Assembly (NCBI GenBank): GCA_965230295.1
Contig: OZ246001.1
Location: forward strand, 1,024,001 to 1,088,000
From: Marinicella sp.
GTDB taxonomy: Bacteria > Pseudomonadota > Gammaproteobacteria > Xanthomonadales > Marinicellaceae
Length of the DNA stretch: 64,000 bases
Direction: 5' to 3'
The first letter of the stretch is position 1; each line of letters starts with the position of its first letter. Under the pieces are notes generated by a model. The model was given only the letters and a program-made list of their open reading frames with translations. It was not told where the DNA came from and did no database searches. Positions 56,815 through 64,000 of the stretch are shown here, in pieces. The position numbers and the translations under genes were made by a program.

Positions 56815-58167
56815 ATGAAAAAAATCATTTTATTAGGCGCATTGGTTGCTGGCCCTGCTTCAGCAGAAGACTTGCTGGACATCATGAATGCCGCATTGGA
56901 CAATGACCCGCAACTGAGGGCAGCTCAGTATACCCAAGAGGCCTCATTAGAGACCCGCAAACAAGCGATGGCTAATTTTTTGCCACAAGTAGATGGGTCT
57001 TGGTCAAAGTCTGAGTCTGACTCAAAAACAGATTACAGCGATGGCACCAGCTCTGACCCAGATAAATCTGAATCAGATGGCTGGACAATCAGTTTGAACC
57101 AAACGGTTTATGATCACAAGAACTTCTTGTCCTTGCGTGAAGCTGATTTGGAAAAAGCCAAAGGCCTGGCCCAATATGATGTGGCTCAACAAGAATTCCT
57201 GATCCGTTTATCGGTCAGCTATTTTGATGTACTGACTAACATAGACGCGGTCAAGTTTGCTGAGTCAGAAGAAAAAGCCATTCAAAGACAGTTAGAACAA
57301 GCTGAGCAACGATATGAAGTGGGCTTGGCTGCCATCACAGATGTGCATGAAGCCAGGGCACAATATGACGGCGCTCGTGCCAGTGTCATCAGTGCCAAAA
57401 ACACCCTGGATGACAAGAAGGAAGCCTTGTTTGAAATCACCCAAGCCTATTATGCACAATTGAATGCCTTACCGGACAACATCGAAGCAGTCGAGTTGAG
57501 AGATACCGAACTGGCTACATGGGAACAATTGGCTTTGGCCAACAACCCTGATTTAGGCATTGCCAAAATCGACGCAGAACTGGCCGAATACGCCATCAAG
57601 CAACAACAGGCAGGTCACTATCCGACTGTGGGCTTGTCCGCCAGCTTATCAAGTGAAAACTCCAAGGGCAGCAGCTTCTTACAACCACAGCCGGATGGCT
57701 CTGTAGAACTCAGGGAGTTTCCTGACAGTTCCAGAGACTCCAATTCCATATCATTGAATGTCAATGTCCCTATTTTTTCTGGCGGCAGAACCTCTTCCTT
57801 GACTCGTCAAGCCAGGCTTCGCTACAAAGCCAGCATGGAAAACTTAGACCAAACCACTTTCTCAACAGTCAGGAACATCCGCAATGCTTTACACAATGTT
57901 GAGTCGGGCTGGAGCTCTGTTCAAGCCCGTCAATTGGCCGTTGTCTCTGCCAAGAGCGCTGAAGAAGCGACTGCTGCCGGCTTTGAAGTGGGAACCAGAA
58001 ACATTGTAGAAGTGCTGAATTCGCAACGTACCTTATACCAGGCACAACGTGATTACTCCAGCGCCAAGCATGAGTACTTACTGAATATTTTGCGCCTGAA
58101 ACGAGCGGCAGGTATTTTAGAACAAGCTGATGTTGAACAGATTAATTCGCTGCTAACTGTTCAATAA
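56815..58167 (+). CDS. tolC: TolC family outer membrane channel
   Basis: AEDLL, YFDVL, RYEVGLAAITDV, AGHYPT, PIFSGG, GFEVGTRNIVEVL. Confidence 0.93.
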   Translation: MKKIILLGALVAGPASAEDLLDIMNAALDNDPQLRAAQYTQEASLETRKQAMANFLPQVDGSWSKSESDSKTDYSDGTSSDPDKSESDGWTISLNQTVYDHKNFLSLREADLEKAKGLAQYDVAQQEFLIRLSVSYFDVLTNIDAVKFAESEEKAIQRQLEQAEQRYEVGLAAITDVHEARAQYDGARASVISAKNTLDDKKEALFEITQAYYAQLNALPDNIEAVELRDTELATWEQLALANNPDLGIAKIDAELAEYAIKQQQAGHYPTVGLSASLSSENSKGSSFLQPQPDGSVELREFPDSSRDSNSISLNVNVPIFSGGRTSSLTRQARLRYKASMENLDQTTFSTVRNIRNALHNVESGWSSVQARQLAVVSAKSAEEATAAGFEVGTRNIVEVLNSQRTLYQAQRDYSSAKHEYLLNILRLKRAAGILEQADVEQINSLLTVQ

Positions 58168-58474
58168 ATTGATTCAAGGTGGTTTGATCTTCATTTGAAA
58201 TATCAATGATTTGAAAACCACCAAATATCAAACCACTGGTTTGTAAGTCAGCCCAAATACATTCAGCACCCACGTTGATGTGGATTTTTTCTTTGTCGGC
58301 AATGATGAGCTCCAACTGAAAAATCATCCCAGGCTTGATGATCTCTCGTCCAGCAAGCAAAAATCCACTGGCTGATATATCAACAATTCTCCCCACTTTT
58401 GCTTGATTCAATTGATTAACAACCAAAGATCCTTCTGGGGGATTTACTCGGATGTTTTCTCTTTTCTCATACAT
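58142..58474 (-). CDS. Single-domain PilZ protein
   Basis: RENIR and DISASG c-di-GMP-binding motifs. Confidence 0.87.
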   Translation of the reverse strand: MYEKRENIRVNPPEGSLVVNQLNQAKVGRIVDISASGFLLAGREIIKPGMIFQLELIIADKEKIHINVGAECIWADLQTSGLIFGGFQIIDISNEDQTTLNQFIEQLAAN

Positions 58475-58498
58475 GATTTTGTCCTGTGATTTACCTGG

Positions 58499-60763
58499 TT
58501 AAGCGGCCATTTTCTTTAACCTGTTCATGATTTTACTCAACGCATTTCTGAAATACCCCCCTTCAGGTAAATCCACTTTTATTATGTTCTTCCGTTGAAT
58601 ATCAATGGCCAGTCTTGGCAATTTCATTTTATGTGGGTGTCTGCCTACCAAGTCAACAAACAACACAGTTTCACTCATGGTACTAACCCAACTGAGCTTC
58701 CTTCTTAACATATCCTTTTGTTGATTCACCACAAAGTCAAACAAGGATCCATATGGCATGTTAATCACTTTTTCCATGATCAACCTTTCTTCGTCATTCA
58801 GCTCTCTGATTTCTTCAATTTTTTTGTTGGCAGTTTCAACTTCTTGACTTTTCACTGCTTCATCAATAGACAACACCTTTTTCAGAACAGGTGGTTTGGC
58901 TTCCTTATCCTCCTCATCGCTCTCTTGCCAACCCAAACAGGTGTGGATGTTGTCTTTGGTTGAGATTCGGTCACGTTTTGAAAAACCCAATTCATCCATG
59001 GTTTGGTCTAAATGATGCATGGCCGCTAATTTATCCGGTCCACTGAGCTTCATGAATTCTTTTTTATTGCCAATTTGCGAAATGATCTTGGCGGATTGGG
59101 TTTTCTTTTCCCACTGCTCAGATTCTTTACCTTCACGCAGTAAAGTTAAGGTCAAAGAATCTTTCCATACGTGGTGAATGATGTCTTTAATGAATTTGAC
59201 ATCACACCCTTCCAGTATTTTTTCCAAATGCGCTTCAACTTGCGATTTGGTGACCTCCATTTTTTCTTTGCCCTGCGCAGCACTGATCCATTTTTGTTCG
59301 GCTTTTTGTGCACGGTTCTCAGTAACCTCGAGGTATTGAGACAATTCTTTAAGCGCATTAACGAATGAATGGGTGGACCCATCAAAAGATTTAGCGGCTG
59401 AATCACTGTACTGGTGGATTTTTTTGATGACATTGGTACCATGCCATTTTTGCGATGACTCCACCAACAACTCCATGAACTTACGTGCAGGATGGGCGGC
59501 ATCAGTGAAGAAGTTTTCATCGTTGACTGCCATGCGAAGCAAAGGCACATTGATGGCATTGAAGGAAGATCTGATGTGTGAATCGATGCTTTCATCTTGC
59601 TCGATCTCATCATAGACCATACCCATTAAATCCAAGGTCTTGTTTTGTTTGGGTGACAACTCTGGGTAGTAATTTCCGGTGTTGTTTTTCACCTGATCAG
59701 CCAACATTTCCTTTAAGTTGTGGATATTTTTACTGGTGGCCACCACACCAGATTCCTGGGAAATTTGTGCCAAAGCCTGATCAAAATCGTTATCGGCAAT
59801 ACTCTGTGCCGGGTTGCCTTGCGCGTTCTGTCCAGCTTGAGCACTTTGCACGGCAGATCCTCTTGGCGGAGACAACAGATCAAATATAGACTCCACCAGT
59901 TGTTTGGTTTGGGGATCGAACTGCCTGGTTTGAGGCTGGTAATCACCCGCTGCGATGCCTGCTTGTTGGCCGCCCTGTGGATGAGCCGCAGCACCGCCAG
60001 CACCACCAGCCTGACCTGCCGGGCCAGGAGCAAAGCCACCCGCATCTCCTGGAACTCCAGGATCCTGTTGTGCTTGATCAGCTTCCACTGCACTTTCATC
60101 AGGAGCACCTACAGGTTTGGGTGCAGCTTGACTTCTTTGTGGCTTACTGACTTCTGGTTGGATGTTGGGCAAGATGCCTGCATCAATAAACACTTGGTTT
60201 ATTTCATGGTAGGCTTGGTTGATGTTGCGGCTGAATTCTTTGGTGACAAAATCAATGATCATGGTTTTGACCTGCACCGCAAACTCAATCGATTTGAAAG
60301 CATGACTGAACAACCAAACGATTGAAGCTGGAGAAAATGGCATGTTGGTTTTGTCAATCTGCTCATTGCCAAAAATCACATTCATGCGTTTTTCCAAGGT
60401 ATAAAGCTCGCCATGACTCACCACCTCTAAAGTTGAGTCCAATTGTGTCAGCGACAATGAGATTGACAACTCTTCGTCTTCAACCAATGACAAAGACATT
60501 TTCTTGTCTGATTTATTGACTTCTGCTGAAATGAATTCTGGCATCGATTTGATTTTGGTGCGCATCACCTGGGAAAAGGCTTTGGCACCATTTTTTAATT
60601 GCCGGTATTGATTGAACAGCTCCTGTTCATCTTGATTGGAAGTGGCATTTTCTGCCAGATGAAATAACTTCTTCAAAGTTAAGCCCATGGCCTCTTTCAA
60701 GTTCACCTGAAGATGCTTATCGAAGATGACAATACATTCACTTAATATCTTATTTTTATTCAT
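58499..60763 (-). CDS. DUF1631 family protein
   Basis: LSLVEDEEL, PFSP, AGILP, PLLRMA...FF...HPAR, KLSWVS...LFVD; Gly/Ala/Gln-rich linker. Confidence 0.82.
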   Translation of the reverse strand: MNKNKILSECIVIFDKHLQVNLKEAMGLTLKKLFHLAENATSNQDEQELFNQYRQLKNGAKAFSQVMRTKIKSMPEFISAEVNKSDKKMSLSLVEDEELSISLSLTQLDSTLEVVSHGELYTLEKRMNVIFGNEQIDKTNMPFSPASIVWLFSHAFKSIEFAVQVKTMIIDFVTKEFSRNINQAYHEINQVFIDAGILPNIQPEVSKPQRSQAAPKPVGAPDESAVEADQAQQDPGVPGDAGGFAPGPAGQAGGAGGAAAHPQGGQQAGIAAGDYQPQTRQFDPQTKQLVESIFDLLSPPRGSAVQSAQAGQNAQGNPAQSIADNDFDQALAQISQESGVVATSKNIHNLKEMLADQVKNNTGNYYPELSPKQNKTLDLMGMVYDEIEQDESIDSHIRSSFNAINVPLLRMAVNDENFFTDAAHPARKFMELLVESSQKWHGTNVIKKIHQYSDSAAKSFDGSTHSFVNALKELSQYLEVTENRAQKAEQKWISAAQGKEKMEVTKSQVEAHLEKILEGCDVKFIKDIIHHVWKDSLTLTLLREGKESEQWEKKTQSAKIISQIGNKKEFMKLSGPDKLAAMHHLDQTMDELGFSKRDRISTKDNIHTCLGWQESDEEDKEAKPPVLKKVLSIDEAVKSQEVETANKKIEEIRELNDEERLIMEKVINMPYGSLFDFVVNQQKDMLRRKLSWVSTMSETVLFVDLVGRHPHKMKLPRLAIDIQRKNIIKVDLPEGGYFRNALSKIMNRLKKMAA

Positions 60764-60963
60764 GATCCCAGCTTTTTTTATTTTTACATCATCTGTTTTT
60801 GCATCCTTTGACCCGTTGTCTGCTCGGTCAAAATGTACATCAACTAGACAACATACTTACACACAACCCTAATAAATAAAGTACAAGATAGCTCTTGGAT
60901 TTGCAAGAAATATCACAACCAGAAAGGACTTCCGGTTGTGACACATCGAATGAAAATTGAAAA

Positions 60964-61563
60964 TTATCGTTTGAAAAAGCCGCTGAGTAAGCCAGAGCCT
61001 TGTTTCAGTATGTCTGACAAATCGACATCACCGTCTCCATCACCATCCAACGCTTTTTCTAAAAAGCCCAAGTTGGGTTGTTGCTTCTTGATGGTTTTGC
61101 GCTCATTACTCAACAAATCCTGCAAGCCTGAAACACCCAGATTATTATCCCGCTTGGCTTTACCCACAGCACCCAACACCACAGGGGCCAAATTGGCCAA
61201 AATTTTGGTGACATCGCCGCTACCTAAACCGGTGGCTTTCCCCAACTGATTGGAGACATTGTTTTGACGCTGCCCTAAGACATGTCCCAGTATTTTTTCA
61301 CCCATAGATTGGTTTTGAGCACCACCCAACAAGGATCCCAGGTTACCCAGGATGCTGCCATCATGTCCTTTGTCTAGGGCATTGGCCAATGATTGTGCAC
61401 CTTGTTCTGATTGGGCATTCTTTTGTAATGCTGACAACAACATAGGTACAGCTGCTGCGATGGCCCTTTGTGTGGCTTGCGAATTACCGCCCACTTGACG
61501 AGAAACTTGCTCAACCGCTTGTTGACCCAAACTGCCTTTAATTAAATCTAAAATTCCTGACAT
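60964..61563 (-). CDS. DUF937 family protein
   Basis: AVPMLLSAL, HDGSIL, GEKILGHVLG, LAPVVLG, LDGDGDGDV; start at MSGILD. Confidence 0.88.
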   Translation of the reverse strand: MSGILDLIKGSLGQQAVEQVSRQVGGNSQATQRAIAAAVPMLLSALQKNAQSEQGAQSLANALDKGHDGSILGNLGSLLGGAQNQSMGEKILGHVLGQRQNNVSNQLGKATGLGSGDVTKILANLAPVVLGAVGKAKRDNNLGVSGLQDLLSNERKTIKKQQPNLGFLEKALDGDGDGDVDLSDILKQGSGLLSGFFKR

Positions 61564-61764
61564 ATTTTTTCCTGTATAAATTAATGATGGATTTAAAATA
61601 AACCGAATCATGCATTTAAGCAAGCTGGGATTTGTCAACAATCTTTAAATTTACAGTATGCTGTCAAGAATGTCTTAAACATTTTCGCAATGACCTTTCA
61701 AGCGGTGTTTTTTTACACCTGTTCTGATTGAACACATGTGCCAAAAAGTGTCACCCTCTTAATT

Positions 61765-61791
61765 AAAAAAGGCAGCTGATGGCTGCCTTTT
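61765..61791 (-). terminator. Intrinsic terminator of the GAPDH gene
   Basis: A6-GGCAGC-TGATG-GCTGCC-T4. Confidence 0.85.
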
Positions 61792-61818
61792 GATTTCATG
61801 CTTGGATAAGTAACCTGA

Positions 61819-63291
61819 TCAGCTGTTTGGGTAAGTTGGCCAACGGACACCAGCAAATTTTTCTAAACAACGAACCACTTGACATGAATAACCAAATTCA
61901 TTGTCATACCAACAATACAACACCACATGATTGCCTTCTACAATGGTCGCTTGTGAATCAATCACACAAGCTTGTCTGGAACCAACAAAGTCAGTTGAGA
62001 CCGCTTCAGTTGAAATGGTGTAACCAATTTGTTGTTGCAATCTGGAGTGCAGTGACTTGCGACGCAAGAATTCATTAAGCTCAGCCAAGTCAGTGTCCTT
62101 ACCCAATTGAATGTTCAATATCGCCATTGAGACATTTGGGGTGGGCACTCGAATGGCATTCCCTGTTAATTTACCAGCCAACTCAGGCAATACTTTGGCC
62201 ACAGCTTTGGCCGCACCAGTGGATGTAAGTACCATGTTCAAAGCAGCACTGCGTCCACGTCGATCCTTGTTGTGGTAGTTATCAATCAAATTCTGATCAT
62301 TGGTATATGCATGCACTGTTTCAATATGACCATGGCTGATGCCGTACTCCTCATTCAAGCACTTGAGCACTGGCACGATGGCATTGGTGGTGCATGATGC
62401 CGCACAAATCACATCTTTATCTTCTGTGATCAAGTCATGATTGATGCCGTATACGATGTTTGGAATGTCACCTTTGGCCGGTGCTGTTAACAACACCTTA
62501 GATGCACCTGGCCTCAAGTGACCACGTAAACCAGCTTCATCTTTCCATACGCCAGTGTTATCAACAATCAACGCATTGTTGATACCGTGCTCAGTGTAAT
62601 CAATGTCCTGTGGCGAATTGGCATAAATGATCTGCACTTCATTACCGTTGATGACCAATTTATTCTGCTCATGCAACACACGGATGGTGCCGTTGAATTT
62701 ACCGTGCACAGAATCTTTTCGCAACAAAGCTGCACGTTTTTCCAGGTCATTGTCTGCCTTGCTTTTTCGAATCACAATGGCTTTAAGTACCAGTACATCA
62801 CCGCCACCAGTTTTATCAACCAACAAGCGGGCAATCAGACGCCCGATTCGACCGAAGCCATAAAGAACGACATCCTGGGGTTTTTCCAAAGGTTTGGCAT
62901 CAGAATCAATCAAGTGTGACAATTCTTGTTTCACATAGGCATCAACATCTGATTGTTCAATGTCATCGTAACTGTTGGTTTTGAAATAACGATAGACCAT
63001 TTTACCCACATCAATGTGGGCTGGGCCCAATGGCAACTCAGAAATCGCTTTGATAAAAGGAAACGTTTCATACTCGCTGAGTTCACTGGCCTCAACTTGA
63101 CGAACAAAACGGTGGGCTTTCATCAAATCAGTCACTGATTGATTGATCATGCGTTTGCCATACATATACAAAGAAACATTGCGGCGACGGTACATGCGGC
63201 CAATCAAAGGAATCATGCCTTCAGCCAAGGCTTCTCTTTCTTTCCAATCTGCAAAAAATTCAGTTGGTAACGGTCTATTTTCTTCAGTCAT
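61819..63291 (-). CDS. gap: Glyceraldehyde-3-phosphate dehydrogenase (long, N-terminally extended type)
   Basis: YGFGRIGR, ASCTTN, HAYTNDQ, STGAAKA, RVPTPNVS, WYDNEFGYS. Confidence 0.95.
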   Translation of the reverse strand: MTEENRPLPTEFFADWKEREALAEGMIPLIGRMYRRRNVSLYMYGKRMINQSVTDLMKAHRFVRQVEASELSEYETFPFIKAISELPLGPAHIDVGKMVYRYFKTNSYDDIEQSDVDAYVKQELSHLIDSDAKPLEKPQDVVLYGFGRIGRLIARLLVDKTGGGDVLVLKAIVIRKSKADNDLEKRAALLRKDSVHGKFNGTIRVLHEQNKLVINGNEVQIIYANSPQDIDYTEHGINNALIVDNTGVWKDEAGLRGHLRPGASKVLLTAPAKGDIPNIVYGINHDLITEDKDVICAASCTTNAIVPVLKCLNEEYGISHGHIETVHAYTNDQNLIDNYHNKDRRGRSAALNMVLTSTGAAKAVAKVLPELAGKLTGNAIRVPTPNVSMAILNIQLGKDTDLAELNEFLRRKSLHSRLQQQIGYTISTEAVSTDFVGSRQACVIDSQATIVEGNHVVLYCWYDNEFGYSCQVVRCLEKFAGVRWPTYPNS

Positions 63292-63435
63292 TACTTCTCC
63301 AGCACTCAGCTATCAGTGAAATTCAAAGGGTGGCTTATAATTGGGCGCATATTCTACCATTTAAAGTTCTTTCTGTGCAGGCTGCATATATTTAATTTGA
63401 TGAACAAAAAACTACCCAAAAATATTTTTTTATAT

Positions 63436-63447
63436 TAGAATGCGCGC
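63436..63447 (+). promoter_or_regulatory. Stable-RNA promoter -10 box with GC-rich discriminator
   Basis: TAGAAT-GCGCGC about 30 nt upstream of the tRNA. Confidence 0.65.
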
Positions 63448-63477
63448 TCTCGATTCATTGAGTTGAACCACCTATTC

Positions 63478-63554
63478 GGAGCGGTAGTTCAGTTGGTTAG
63501 AATACCGGCCTGTCACGCCGGGGGTCGCGGGTTCGAGTCCCGTCCGCTCCGCCA
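63478..63554 (+). tRNA. tRNA-Asp (GTC)
   Basis: GGAGCGG/CCGCTCC acceptor stem, anticodon loop CTGTCAC, GTTCGAG T-loop, encoded CCA; 77 nt. Confidence 0.98.
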
Positions 63555-63641
63555 TTCATCAAGCACACAGAAAACACCCTTAAGAACGGTTGAATTTCAG
63601 CTGTATTCAGTTAATATAACGTTTTGAAAATTTTAAGTGTT

Positions 63642-64000
63642 ATGAGACTGATCCTACTTTCATTTGTTTTCCTCTGCAGCTGTGCCAATCAAGACTATGC
63701 CAACACCAAACCCAACAAAATAGTTGAGCAACAATCGCAATCCCGACCAGACCCCCACTCATTTGCGATGCCCAACGCAGTCAAAGTCAAACACCTTGAA
63801 CTGGATTTAGAAGTGCATTTTAAACAGCAAATTTTAGATGGATTTGTTGTTTTACACTATGATGTTTTGGATGAAAACGCCAAGCAACTGAAACTTGACA
63901 CCAGAGATTTGAAAATCAAACGAGTGGAAGTCATGAACAACAATAAAAACCGAAAATTGTTGTGGCGCAAAGGGCAAAGTGCCACAGGACTTGGCACTGA
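63642..64000 (+). CDS. M1 family aminopeptidase (LTA4 hydrolase-like), probable lipoprotein, truncated by the window end
   Basis: MRLILLSFVFLCSC lipobox; DPHSFA...HLELDLEVHF...LDTRDLKI; absent from the ORF track because it has no stop in the window. Confidence 0.82.
   Translation, partial: MRLILLSFVFLCSCANQDYANTKPNKIVEQQSQSRPDPHSFAMPNAVKVKHLELDLEVHFKQQILDGFVVLHYDVLDENAKQLKLDTRDLKIKRVEVMNNNKNRKLLWRKGQSATGLGT

Noticed and set aside
63478-64000. Genomic island at tRNA-Asp
   Set aside because: The downstream gene is an M1 aminopeptidase; no integrase and no tRNA 3' duplication in the window.

Overview
Chromosomal segment of a moderately AT-rich gammaproteobacterium. Gene content and the C-terminal IFxDGF motif suggest a Marinicella/Wenzhouxiangella-like marine Xanthomonadales relative (inference). 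Housekeeping blocks: Lrp + fused 2-oxoacid dehydrogenase E1 and E2; rph-rdgB-hemW; MoxR/VWA; ttcA; mtgA-M23-tsaB-mgtE; rimI; pckG; rsmG-parA-parB; pcm-tolC; GAPDH; tRNA-Asp. These alternate with accessory genes for exported proteins. No transposase, integrase or CRISPR array is visible. Most notable: (1) four unrelated exported proteins end in the same short non-transmembrane tag, [DE]-x-IF-x-[DES]-x-[FL]-[DE], a candidate sorting signal; (2) four other exported proteins share a ~125-135 aa 'G-x-W-x-DP-x3-GQG...C...R-x-T-...C' module, and three of them flank a membrane-anchored LytTR gene with matching 21-bp-period boxes in both promoters; (3) an iadA-cphB-cphA cyanophycin operon has a fourth, CphA-like gene lacking the ATP-grasp domain; (4) two families of short non-autonomous repeats show compensatory base changes in their stems; (5) a 2.2-kb islet is bracketed by a 137-bp duplication of the ttcA promoter and 5' end. 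All protein calls come from motif recognition by eye; no database search was run.
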